Assembly: GCA_964016885.1 (NCBI GenBank)
Contig: OZ024745.1
Span: forward strand, 11,780,001 to 11,844,000
Reading direction: 5' to 3'
Length of the DNA stretch: 64,000 nt
Source: Eledone cirrhosa
Lineage: Eukaryota
Shown here piece after piece: positions 27,401 through 42,400 of this stretch. The position numbers and the translations under genes were made by a program. The notes below the pieces were generated by a model. That model did not search any database. It saw only the letters and a list, made by a program, of their open reading frames with translations, and was not told the origin of the DNA. How positions within the stretch are numbered: the stretch's first letter is position 1; each line of letters opens with the position of its first letter.

Positions 27401-30400
27401 GAAGGTACAGTGAGGATTTATATTACATTGAGGACGGTAGAGGAAGGTACAGAGAGGATTTATATTACATTGAGGACGGTAGAGGAAGATACAGAGAAGA
27501 TTTATATTACATTGAGGACGGTAGAGGAAGGTACAGAGAGGAATTATATTACATTGAGGACGGTAGAGGAAGGTACAGAGAAGATTTATATTACATAGAG
27601 GACGGTAGAGGAAGATACAGAGAAGATTTATATTACATTGAGGACGGTATAGGAAGATACAGTGAGGATTTATATTACATTGAGGACGGTAGAGGAACGT
27701 ACAGTGAGGATTTATATTACATTGAGGACGGTAGAGGAAGATACAGAGAGGATTTATATTACATTGAGGACGGTAGAGGAAGGTACAGAGAAGATTTATA
27801 TTACATTGAGGACGGTAGAGGAAGGTACAGAGAATATTTATATTACATTGAGGATGGTAGAGGAAGATACAGAGAGGATGTATATTACATTGAGGGCGGT
27901 AGAGGAAGATACATTGAGGATTTATATTATATTGAGGACGGTAGAGAAAGATACAGTGAGGATTTATATTACATTGAGGACGGTAGAGGGAGATATAGAG
28001 AATATTTATATTACATTGAGGGCGGTAGAGGAAGATACAGAGAAGATTTATATTACATTGAGGACGGTAGAGGAAGATACAGAGAGGATTTATATTACAT
28101 TGAGGACGGTAGAGGAAGGTACAGAGAAGATATATATTACATTGAGGACGGTAGAGGAAGATACAGTGAGGATTTATATTTATATTGAGGACGGTAGAGA
28201 AAGATACAGTGAGGATTTATATTACATTGAGGACGGTAGAGGAAGGTACAGAGAAGATTTATATTATATTGAGGACGGTAGAGGAAAATACAGAGAAGAT
28301 TTATATTACATTCAGGACGGTAGAGGAAGATACAGTGAGGATTTATATTACATTGAGGGCGGTAGAGGAAAATACAGAGAAGATTTATATTACATTCAGG
28401 ACGGTAGAGGAAGATACATTGAGGATTTATATTATATTGATGACGGTAGAGGAAGATACAGAGAAGATTTATATTACATTGAGTACGGTAGAGGAAGATA
28501 CATTGAGGATTTATATTACATTGAGGAGGGTAGAGGAAGGTACAGAGATGATTTATATTACATTGAGGACGGTAGAGGAAGGTACAGAGAAGATTTATAT
28601 TACATTGAAGACGGTAGAGGAAGGTACAGAGAAGATTTATATTACATTGAGGACGGTAGAGGAAGGTACAGAGAGGATTTATATTACATTGAGGACGGTA
28701 GAGGAAGGTACAGAGAAGATTTATATTACATTGAGGGCGGTAGAGGAAGGTACAGAGAAGATTTATATTACATTGAGGACGGTAGAGGAAAATACAGAGA
28801 AGATTTATATTACATTCAGGACGGTAGAGGAAGATACAGTGAGGATTTATATTACATTGAGGGCGGTAGAGGAAGATACATTGAGGATTTATATTATATT
28901 GATGACGGTAGAGGAAGATACAGAGAAGATTTATATTACATTGAGTACGGTAGAGGAAGATACATTGAGGATTTATATTACATTGAGGAGGGTAGAGGAA
29001 GGTACAGAGATGATTTATATTACATTGAGGACGGTAGAGGAAGGTACAGAGAAGATTTATATTACATTGAAGACGGTAGAGGAAGGTACAGAGAAGATTT
29101 ATATTACATTGAGGACGGTAGAGGAAGGTACAGAGAGGATTTATATTACATTGAGGACGGTAGAGGAAGGTACAGAGAAGATTTATATTACATTGAGGAC
29201 GGTAGAGGAAGATACAGAGAAGATTTATATTACATTGAGGACGGTAGAGGAAGGTACAGAGAGGATTTATATTACATTGAGGACGGTAGAGGAAGGTACA
29301 GAGAGGATTTATATTACATTGAGGACGGTAGAGGAAGATACAGAGAAGATTTATATTACATTGAGGACGGTAGAGGAATGTACAGTGAGGATTTATATTA
29401 CATTGAGGACGGTAGAGGAAGGTACAGAGAGGATTTATATTACATTGAGGACGGTAGAGGAAGATACAGAGAAGATTTATATTACATTGAGGACGGTAGA
29501 GGAAGGTACAGAGAGGAATTATATTACATTGAGGACGGTAGAGGAAGGTACAGAGAAGATTTATATTACATTGAGGACGGTATAGGAAGATACAGTGAGG
29601 ATTTATATTACATTGAGGACGGTAGAGGAAGGTACAGAGAGGAATTATATTACATTGAGGACGGTAGAGGAAGGTACAGAGAAGATTTATATTACATTGA
29701 GGACGGTATAGGAAGATACAGTGAGGATTTATATTACATTGAGGACGGTAGAGGAAGGTACAGAGAGGATTTATATTACATTGAGGGCGGTAGAGGAAGA
29801 TACATTGAGGATTTATATTATATTGAGGACGGTAGAGAAAGATACAGTGAGGATTTATATAACATTGAGGACGGTAGAGGAAGATACAGTGAGGATTTAT
29901 ATTATATTGAGGACGGTAGAGGAAGATACAGTGAGGATTTATATTACATTGAGGACGGTAGAGGAAGGTACAGAGAAGATTTATATTACATTGAGGACGG
30001 TAGAGGAAGATACAGAAAAGATTTATATTACATTGAGGACGGTAGAGGAAAATACAGAGAAAATTTATATTACATTGAGGACGGTAGAGGAAGGTACAGA
30101 GAAGATTTATATTACATTGAGGACGGTAGAGGAAGATACAGAAAAGATTTATATTACATTGAGGACGGTAGAGGAAAATACAGAGAAAATTTATATTACA
30201 TTGAGGACGGTAGAGGAAAATACAGAGAGGATTTATATTACATAGAGGACGGTAGAGGAAGGTACAGAGAAGATTTATATTACATTGAGGACGGTAGATG
30301 AAGATACAGAGAGGATTTATATTACATTGAGGACGGTAGAGGAAGATACAGAGAGGATTTATATTACATAGAGGACGGTAGAGGAAGGTACAGAGAGGAT

Positions 30401-33400
30401 TTATATTACATTGAGGACGGTAGAGGAAGATACAGAGAGGATTTATATTACATAGAGGACGGTAGAGGAAGATACAGAGAGGATTTATATTACATTGAGG
30501 ACGGTAGAGGAAGATACAGAGAGGATTTATATTACATTGAGGACGGTAGAGGAAGATACAGAGAAGATTTATATTACATTGAGGACGGTAGAGGAAGGTA
30601 CAGAGAAGATTTATATTACATTGAGGACGGTAGAGGAAGATACAGAAAAGATTTATATTACATTGAGGACGGTAGAGGAAAATACAGAGAAAATTTATAT
30701 TACATTGAGGACGGTAGAGGAAAATACAGAGAGGATTTATATTACATAGAGGACGGTAGAGGAAGGTACAGAGAAGATTTATATTACATTGAGGACGGTA
30801 GAGGAAGATACAGAGAGGATTTATATTACATTGAGGACGGTAGAGGAAGATACAGAGAGGATTTATATTACATAGAGGACGGTAGAGGAAGGTACAGAGA
30901 GGATTTATATTACATTGAGGACGGTAGAGGAAGATACAGAGAGGATTTATATTACATAGAGGACGGTAGAGGAAGATACAGAGAGGATTTATATTACATT
31001 GAGGACGGTAGAGGAAGATACAGAGAGGATTTATATTACATTGAGGACGGTAGAGGAAGATACAGAGAAGATTTATATTACATTGAGGACGGTAGAGGAA
31101 GGTACAGAGAAGATTTATATTACATTGAGGACGGTAGAGGAAGATACAGAAAAGATTTATATTACATTGAGGACGGTAGAGGAAAATACAGAGAAAATTT
31201 ATATTACATTGAGGACGGTAGAGGAAAATACAGAGAGGATTTATATTACATAGAGGACGGTAGAGGAAGGTACAGAGAAGATTTATATTACATTGAGGAC
31301 GGTAGAGGAAGATACAGAGAGGATTTATATTACATTGAGGACGGTAGAGGAAGGTACCGAGAGGATTTATATTACATAGAGGACGGTAGAGGAAGATACA
31401 GAGAGGATTTATATTACATTGAGGACGGTAGAGGAAGATACAGAGAGGATTTATATTACATTGAGGACGGTAGAGGAAGATACAGAGAAGATTTATATTA
31501 CATTGAGGACGGTAGAGGAAGGTACAGAGAAGATTTATATTACATTGAGGACGGTAGAGGAAGACCAGAGAAGATTTATATTACATTGAGGACGGTAGAA
31601 GAAGGTACAGAGAAGATATATATTACATTGAGGACGGTAGAGGAACGTACAGTGAGGATTTATATTACATTGAGGACGGTAGAGGAAGATACAGAGAAGA
31701 TTTATATTACATTGAGGACGGTAGAGGAAGATACAGAGAGGATTTATATTACATTGAGGACGGTAGAGGAAGGTACAGAGAAGATTTATATTACATTGAG
31801 GACGGTAGAGGAAGGTACAGAGAATATTTATATTACATTGAGGACGGTAGAGGAAGATACAGAGAGGATGTATATTACATTGAGGGCGGTAGAGGAAGAT
31901 ACATTGAGGATTTATATTATATTGAGGACGGTAGAGAAAGATACAGTGAGGATTTATATTACATTGAGGACGGTAGAGGGAGATATAGAGAATATTTATA
32001 TTACATTGAGGGCGGTAGAGGAAGATACATTGAGGATTTATATTATATTGAGGACGGTAGAGAAAGATACAGTGAGGATTTATATTACATTGAGGACGGT
32101 AGAGGAAGATACATTGAGGATTTATATTACATTGAGGACGGTATAGGAAGGTACAGAGAAGATATATATTATATTGAGGACGGTAGAGGAAGATACAGTG
32201 AGGATTTATATTACATTGAGGACGGTAGAGGAAGGTACAGAGAAGATATATATTATATTGAGGACGGTAGAGGAAGATACAGTGAGGATTTATATTACAT
32301 TGAGGACGGTAGAGGAAGATACAGAGAAGATTTATATTACATTGAGGACGGTATAGGAAGATACAGTGAGGATTTATATTACATTGAGGACGGTAGAGGA
32401 AGGTACAGAGAAGATTTATATTACATTGAGGGCGGTAGAGGAAGGTACAGAGAAGATTTATATTACATTGAGGACGGTAGAGGAAAATACAGAGAAGATT
32501 TATATTACATTCAGGACGGTAGAGGAAGATACAGTGAGGATTTATATTACATTGAGGGCGGTAGAGGAAGATACATTGAGGATTTATATTATATTGATGA
32601 CGGTAGAGGAAGATACAGAGAAGATTTATATTACATTGAGTACGGTAGAGGAAGATACATTGAGGATTTATATTACATTGAGGAGGGTAGAGGAAGGTAC
32701 AGAGATGATTTATATTACATTGAGGACGGTAGAGGAAGGTACAGAGAAGATTTATATTACATTGAAGACGGTAGAGGAAGGTACAGAGAAGATTTATCTT
32801 ACATTGAGGGCGGTAGAGGAAGGTACAGAGAAGATTTATATTACATTGAGGGCGGTAGAGGAAGATACAGAGAAGATTTATATTAAATTGAGGACGGTAG
32901 AGGAAGGTACAGAGAAGATTTATATTACATTGAGGGCGGTAGAAGAAGATACAGAGAAGATTTATATTACATTGAGGACGGTAGAGGAAGATACAGAGAA
33001 GATTTATATTACATTGAGGACGGTAGAGAAAGATATAGAGAAGATTTATATTACATTGAGGACGGTAGAGGAAGATATAGAGAAGATTTATATTACATTG
33101 AGGACGGTAGAGGAAGATACAGAGAAGATTTATATTACATTGAGGACGGTAGAGGAAGGTACAGTGAGGATTTATATTACATTGAGGACGGTAGAGGAAG
33201 GTACAGAGAAGATTTATATTACATTGAGGACGGTAGAGGAAGGTACAGTGAGGATTTATATTACATTGAGGACGGTAGAGGAAGGTACAGAGAAGATTTA
33301 TATTACATTGAGGACGGTAGAGGAAGGTACAGAGAAGATTTATATTACATTGAGGACGGTGGTGGAAGATACAGTGAGGATTTATATTACATTGAGGACG

Positions 33401-36400
33401 GTAGAGGAAGGTACAGCGAGATTTATATTACATTGAGGACGGTAGAGGAAGATACATTGAGGATTTATATTACATTGAGGACGGCAGAGGAAGATACAGA
33501 GAGGATTTATATTACATTGAGGACGGAAGAGGAAGATACAGTGAGGATTTATATTACATTGAGGACGGTAGAGGAAGATACAGAGAAGATTTATATTACA
33601 TTGAGGACGGTAGAGGAAGGTACAGAGAAGATTTATATTACATTGAGGACGGTAGAGGAAGACCAGAGAAGATTTATATTACATTGAGGACGGTAGAAGA
33701 AGGTACAGAGAAGATATATATTACATTGAGGACGGTAGAGGAACGTACAGTGAGGATTTATATTACATTGAGGACGGTAGAGGAAGATACAGAGAGGATT
33801 TATATTACATTGAGGACGGTAGAGGAAGATACAGAGAGGATTTATATTACATTGAGGACGGTAGAGGAAGGTACAGAGAAGATTTATATTACATTGAGGA
33901 CGGTAGAGGAAGATACAGAGAGGATTTATATTACATTGAGGACGGTAGAGGAAGGTACAGAGAAGATTTATATTACATTGAGGACGGTAGAGGAAGGTAC
34001 AGAGAATATTTATATTACATTGAGGACGGTAGAGGAAGATACAGAGAGGATGTATATTACATTGAGGGCGGTAGAGGAAGATACATTGAGGATTTATATT
34101 ATATTGAGGACGGTAGAGAAAGATACAGTGAGGATTTATATTACATTGAGGACGGTAGAGGGAGATATAGAGAATATTTATATTACATTGAGGGCGGTAG
34201 AGGAAGATACATTGAGGATTTATATTATATTGAGGACGGTAGAGAAAGATACAGTGAGGATTTATATTACATTGAGGACGGTAGAGGAAGATACATTGAG
34301 GATTTATATTACATTGAGGACGGTATAGGAAGATACAGTGAGGATTTATATTACATTGAGGACGGTAGAGGAAGGTACAGAGAAGATATATATTATATTG
34401 AGGACGGTAGAGGAAGATACAGTGAGGATTTATATTACATTGAGGACGGTAGAGGAAGATACAGAGAAGATTTATATTACATTGAGGACGGTATAGGAAG
34501 ATACAGTGAGGATTTATATTACATTGAGGACGGTAGAGGAAGGTACAGAGAAGATTTATATTACATTGAGGGCGGTAGAGGAAGGTACAGAGAAGATTTA
34601 TATTACATTGAGGGCGGTAGAGGAAGGTACAGAGAAGATTTATATTACATTGAGGGCGGTAGAGGAAGGTACAGAGAAGATTTATATTACATTGAGGACG
34701 GTAGAGGAAGATACATTGAGGATTTATATTACATTGAGGAGGGTAGAGGAAGGTACAGAGATGATTTATATTACATTGAGGACGGTAGAGGAAGGTACAG
34801 AGAAGATTTATATTACATTGAGGGCGGTAGAGGAAGGTACAGAGAAGATTTATATTACATTGAGGACGGTAGAGGAAAATACAGAGAAGATTTATATTAC
34901 ATTCAGGACGGTAGAGGAAGATACAGTGAGGATTTATATTACATTGAGGGCGGTAGAGGAAGATACATTGAGGATTTATATTATATTGATGACGGTAGAG
35001 GAAGATACAGAAAAGATTTATATTACATTGAGTACGGTAGAGGAAGATACATTGAGGATTTATATTACATTGAGGAGGGTAGAGGAAGGTACAGAGATGA
35101 TTTATATTACATTGAGGACGGTAGAGGAAGGTACAGAGAAGATTTATATTACATTGAAGACGGTAGAGGAAGGTACAGAGAAGATTTATCTTACATTGAG
35201 GACGGTAGAGGAAGGTACAGAGAGGATTTATATTACATTGAGGACGGTAGAGGAAGGTACAGAGAAGATTTATGTTACATTGAGGACAGTAGAGGAAGGT
35301 AAAGAGATGATTTATATTACATTGAGCGCGGTAGAGGAAGGTACAGAGAAGATTTATATTACATTGAGGGCGGTAGAGGAAGGTACAGAGAAGATTTATA
35401 TTACATTGAGGGCGGTAGAGGAAGATACAGAGAAGATTTATATTAAATTGAGGACGGTAGAGGAAGGTACAGAGAAGATTTATATTACATTGAGGGCGGT
35501 AGAAGAAGATACAGAGAAGATTTATATTACATTGAGGACGGTAGAGGAAGATACAGAGAAGATTTATATTACATTGAGGACGGTAGAGGAAGATACAGTG
35601 AGGATTTATATTACCTAGAGGACGGTAGAGAAAGATATAGAGAAGATTTATATTACATTGAGGACGGTAGAGGAAGATATAGAGAAGATTTATATTACAT
35701 TGAGGACGGTAGAGGAAGATACAGAGAAGATTTATATTACATTGAGGACGGTAGAGGAAGATATAGAGAAGATTTATATTACATTGAGGACGGTAGAGGA
35801 AGATATAGAGAAGATTTATATTACATTGATGACGGTAGAGGAAGGTACAGTGAGGATTTATATTACATTGAAGACGGTAGAGGAAGGTACAGAGAAGATT
35901 TATATTACATTGAGGACGGTAGAGGAAGGTACAGAGAAGATTTATATTACATTGAGGACGGTGGTGGAAGATACAGTGAGGATTTATATTACATTGAGGA
36001 CGGTAGAGGAAGGTACAGCGAGATTTATATTACATTGAGGACGGTAGAGGAAGATACATTGAGGATTTATATTACATTGAGGACGGCAGAGGAAGATACA
36101 GAGAGGATTTATATTACATTGAGGACGGAAGAGGAAGATACAGTGAGGATTTATATTACATTGAGGACGGCTGAGGAAGATATAGTGAAGATTTATATTA
36201 CATTGAAGACGGTAGAGGAAGGTACAGAGAAGATTTATATTACATTGAGGACGGTAGAGGAAGATATAGAGAGATTTATATTACATTGAGGACGGTAGAG
36301 GAAGGTACCGAGAGGATTTATATTACATTGAGGACGGTAGAGGAAGGTACTGAGAAGATTTATATTACCTTGAGGACAGTAGAGGAAGGTACAGAGAAGA

Positions 36401-39400
36401 TTTATATTACATTGAGGACGGTAGAAGAAGGTACAGAGAAGATTTATATTACATTGAGGACGGTAGAGGAAGATACAGAGAAGATTTATATTACATTGAG
36501 GACGGTAGAGGAAGATACAGTCAGGATTTATATTACATTGAGGACGGTAGAGGAAGGTACAGAGAAGATTTATATTACATTGAGGACGGTAGAGGAAGAT
36601 ACAGAGAAGATTTATATTACATTGAGGACGGTAGAGGAAGATATAGAGAGATTTATATTACATTGAGGACGGTAGAGGAAGATACAGAGAGGATTTATAT
36701 TATATAGAGGACGGTAGAGGAAGATACAGAGAGGATTTATATTACATTGAGGACGGTAGAGGAAAATACAGAGAAAATTTATATTACATTGAGGACGGTA
36801 GAGGAAGATACAGAGAGGATTTATATTATATAGAGGACGGTAGAGGAAGATACAGAGAGGATTTATATTACATTGAGGACGGTAGAGGAAGATACAGAGA
36901 GGATTTATATTACATTGAGGACGGTAGAGGAAGATACAGAGAGGATTTATATTACATTGAGGACGGTAGAGGAAGATACAGAGAAGATTTATATTACATT
37001 GAGGACGGTAGAGGAAGGTACAGAGAAGATTTATATTACATTGAGGACGGTAGAGGAAGATACAGAAAAGATTTATATTACATTGAGGACGGTAGAGGAA
37101 AATACAGAGAACATTTATATTACATTGAGGGCGGTAGAGGAAGATACATTGAGGATTTATATTATATTGATGACGGTAGAGGAAGATACAGAAAAGATTT
37201 ATATTACATTGAGTACGGTAGAGGAAGATACATTGAGGATTTATATTACATTGAGGAGGGTAGAGGAAGGTACAGAGATGATTTATATTACATTGAGGAC
37301 GGTAGAGGAAGGTACAGAGAAGATTTATATTACATTGAAGACGGTAGAGGAAGGTACAGAGAAGATTTATCTTACATTGAGGACGGTAGAGGAAGGTACA
37401 GAGAGGATTTATATTACATTGAGGACGGTAGAGGAAGGTACAGAGAAGATTTATGTTACATTGAGGACAGTAGAGGAAGGTAAAGAGATGATTTATATTA
37501 CATTGAGCGCGGTAGAGGAAGGTACAGAGAAGATTTATATTACATTGAGGGCGGTAGAGGAAGGTACAGAGAAGATTTATATTACATTGAGGGCGGTAGA
37601 GGAAGATACAGAGAAGATTTATATTAAATTGAGGACGGTAGAGGAAGGTACAGAGAAGATTTATATTACATTGAGGGCGGTAGAAGAAGATACAGAGAAG
37701 ATTTATATTACATTGAGGACGGTAGAGGAAGATACAGAGAAGATTTATATTACATTGAGGACGGTAGAGGAAGATACAGTGAGGATTTATATTACCTAGA
37801 GGACGGTAGAGAAAGATATAGAGAAGATTTATATTACATTGAGGACGGTAGAGGAAGATATAGAGAAGATTTATATTACATTGAGGACGGTAGAGGAAGA
37901 TACAGAGAAGATTTATATTACATTGAGGACGGTAGAGGAAGATATAGAGAAGATTTATATTACATTGAGGACGGTAGAGGAAGATATAGAGAAGATTTAT
38001 ATTACATTGATGACGGTAGAGGAAGGTACAGTGAGGATTTATATTACATTGAGGACGGTAGAGGAAGGTACAGAGAAGATTTATATTACATTGAGGACGG
38101 TAGAGGAAGGTACAGAGAAGATTTATATTACATTGAGGACGGTGGTGGAAGATACAGTGAGGATTTATATTACATTGAGGACGGTAGAGGAAGGTACAGC
38201 GAGATTTATATTACATTGAGGACGGTAGAGGAAGATACATTGAGGATTTATATTACATTGAGGACGGCAGAGGAAGATACAGAGAGGATTTATATTACAT
38301 TGAGGACGGAAGAGGAAGATACAGTGAGGATTTATATTACATTGAGGACGGCTGAGGAAGATATAGTGAAGATTTATATTACATTGAAGACGGTAGAGGA
38401 AGGTACAGAGAAGATTTATATTACATTGAGGACGGTAGAGGAAGATATAGAGAGATTTATATTACATTGAGGACGGTAGAGGAAGGTACTGAGAAGATTT
38501 ATATTACCTTGAGGACAGTAGAGGAAGGTACAGAGAAGATTTATATTACATTGAGGACGGTAGAAGAAGGTACAGAGAAGATTTATATTACATTGAGGAC
38601 GGTAGAGGAAGATACAGAGAAGATTTATATTACATTGAGGACGGTAGAGGAAGATACAGTCAGGATTTATATTACATTGAGGACGGTAGAGGAAGGTACA
38701 GAGAAGATTTATATTACATTGAGGACGGTAGAGGAAGATACAGAGAAGATTTATATTACATTGAGGACGGTAGAGGAAGATATAGAGAGATTTATATTAC
38801 ATTGAGGACGGTAGAGGAAGATACAGAGAGGATTTATATTATATAGAGGACGGTAGAGGAAGATACAGAGAGGATTTATATTACATTGAGGACGGTAGAG
38901 GAAAATACAGAGAAAATTTATATTACATTGAGGACGGTAGAGGAAGATACAGAGAGGATTTATATTATATAGAGGACGGTAGAGGAAGATACAGAGAGGA
39001 TTTATATTACATTGAGGACGGTAGAGGAAGATACAGAGAGGATTTATATTACATTGAGGACGGTAGAGGAAGATACAGAGAGGATTTATATTACATTGAG
39101 GACGGTAGAGGAAGATACAGAGAAGATTTATATTACATTGAGGACGGTAGAGGAAGGTACAGAGAAGATTTATATTACATTGAGGACGGTAGAGGAAGAT
39201 ACAGAAAAGATTTATATTACATTGAGGACGGTAGAGGAAAATACAGAGAACATTTATATTACATTGAGGACTGTAGAGGAAAATACAGGGAGGATTTATA
39301 TTACATAGAGGACGGTAGAGGAAGGTACAGAGACGATTTATATTACATTGAGGACGGTAGAGGAAAATACAGAGAAAATTTATCTTACATTGAGGACGGT

Positions 39401-42400
39401 AGAGGAAGATACAGAGAGGATTTATATTACATAGAGGACGGTAGAGGAAGATACAGAGAGGATTTATATTACATTGAGGACGGTAGAGGAAGATACAGAG
39501 AGGATTTATATTACATTGAGGACGGTAGAGGAAGATACAGAGAAGATTTATATTACATTGAGGACGGTAGAGGAAGGTACAGAGAAGATTTATATTACAT
39601 TGAGGACGGTAGAGGAAGACCAGAGAAGATTTATATTACATTGAGGACGGTAGAAGAAGGTACAGAGAAGATATATATTACATTGAGGACGGTAGAGGAA
39701 CGTACAGTGAGGATTTATATTACATTGAGGACGGTAGAGGAAGATACAGAGAAGATTTATATTACATTGAGGACGGTACAGGAAGATACAGAGAGGATTT
39801 ATATTACATTGAGGACGGTAGAGGAAGGTACAGAGAAGATTTATATTACATTGAGGACGGTAGATGAAGGTACAGAGAATATTTATATTACATTGAGGAC
39901 GGTAGAGGAAGATACAGAGAGGATGTATATTACATTGAGGGCGGTAGAGGAAGATACATTGAGGATTTATATTATATTGAGGACGGTAGAGAAAGATACA
40001 GTGAGGATTTATATTACATTGAGGACGGTAGAGGGAGATATAGAGAATATTTATATTACATTGAGGGCGGTAGAGGAAGATACATTGAGGATTTATATTA
40101 TATTGAGGACGGTAGAGAAAGATACAGTGAGGATTTATATTACATTGAGGACGGTAGAGGAAGATACATTGAGGATTTATATTACATTGAGGACGGTATA
40201 GGAAGATACAGTGAGGATTTATATTACATTGAGGACGGTAGAGGAAGGTACAGAGAAGATATATATTACATTGAGGACGGTAGAGGAAGATACAGTGAGG
40301 ATTTATATTACATTGAGGACGGTAGAGGAAGATACAGAGAAGATTTATATTACATTGAGGACGGTATAGGAAGATACAGTGAGGATTTATATTACATTGA
40401 GGACGGTAGAGGAAGGTACAGAGAAGATTTATATTACATTGAGGGCGGTAGAGGAAGGTACAGAGAAGATTTATATTACATTGAGGACGGTAGAGGAAAA
40501 TACAGAGAAGATTTATATTACATTGAGGACGGTAGAGGAAGATACAGTGAGGATTTATATTACATTGAGGGCGGTAGAGGAAGATACATTCAGGATTTAT
40601 ATGATATTGATGACGGTAGAGGAAGATACAGAGAAGATTTATATTACATTGAGTACGGTAGAGGAAGATACATTGAGGATTTATATTACATTGAGGAGGG
40701 TAGAGGAAGGTACAGAGATGATTTATATTACATTGAGGACGGTAGAGGAAGGTACAGAGAAGATTTATATTACATTGAAGACGGTAGAGGAAGGTACAGA
40801 GAAGATTTATATTACATTGAGGGCGGTAGAGGAAGGTACAGAGAAGATTTATATTACATTGAGGGCGGTAGAGGAAGATACAGAGAAGATTTATATTAAA
40901 TTGAGGACGGTAGAGGAAGGTACAGAGAAGATTTATATTACATTGAGGGCGGTAGAAGAAGATACAGAGAAGATTTATATTACATTGACGACGGTAGAGG
41001 AAGATACAGAGAAGATTTATATTACATTGAGGACGGTAGAGGAAGATACAGAAAAGATTTATATTACATTGAGGACGGTAGAGGAAAATACAGAAAAAAT
41101 TTATATTACATTGAGGACGGTAGAGGAAGATACAGAGAGGATTTATATTATATAGAGGACGGTAGAGGAAGATACAGAGAGGATTTATATTACATTGAGG
41201 ACGGTAGAGGAAGATACAGAGAGGATTTATATTATATAGGGGACGGTAGAGGAAGATACAGAGAGGATTTATATTACATTGAGGACGGTAGAGGAAGATA
41301 CAGAGAGGATTTATATTACATTGAGGACGGTAGAGGAAGATACAGAGAAGATTTATATTACATTGAGGACGGTAGAGGAAGGTACAGAGAAGATTTATAT
41401 TACATTGAGGACGGTAGAGGAAGATACAGAAAAGATTTATATTACATTGAGGACGGTAGAGGAAAATACAGAGAACATTTATATTACATTGAGGACTGTA
41501 GAGGAAAATACAGGGAGGATTTATATTACATAGAGGACGGTAGAGGAAGGTACAGAGACGATTTATATTACATTGAGGACGGTAGAGGAAAATACAGAGA
41601 AAATTTATCTTACATTGAGGACGGTAGAGGAAGATACAGAGAGGATTTATATTACATAGAGGACGGTAGAGGAAGATACAGAGAGGATTTATATTACATT
41701 GAGGACGGTAGAGGAAGATACAGAGAGGATTTATATTACATTGAGGACGGTAGAGGAAGATACAGAGAAGATTTATATTACATTGAGGACGGTAGAGGAA
41801 GGTACAGAGAAGATTTATATTACATTGAGGACGGTAGAGGAAGACCAGAGAAGATTTATATTACATTGAGGACGGTAGAAGAAGGTACAGAGAAGATATA
41901 TATTACATTGAGGACGGTAGAGGAACGTACAGTGAGGATTTATATTACATTGAGGACGGTAGAGGAAGATACAGAGAAGATTTATATTACATTGAGGACG
42001 GTAGAGGAAGATACAGAGAGGATTTATATTACATTGAGGACGGTAGAGGAAGGTACAGAGAAGATTTATATTACATTGAGGACGGTAGATGAAGGTACAG
42101 AGAATATTTATATTACATTGAGGACGGTAGAGGAAGATACAGAGAGGATGTATATTACATTGAGGGCGGTAGAGGAAGATACATTGAGGATTTATATTAT
42201 ATTGAGGACGGTAGAGAAAGATACAGTGAGGATTTATATTACATTGAGGACGGTAGAGGGAGATATAGAGAATATTTATATTACATTGAGGGCGGTAGAG
42301 GAAGATACATTGAGGATTTATATTATATTGAGGAAGGTAGAGGAAGGTACAGAGAGGATTTATATTACATTGAGGACGGTAGAGGAAGATACATTGAGGA

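Noticed and set aside
27662-30301. Reflectin gene, suggested by Tyr/Arg/Asp/Gly richness and GRY motifs
   Set aside because: Reflectins are Met-rich with M/FD(X)5MD(X)5MD motifs. This repeat has essentially no Met.
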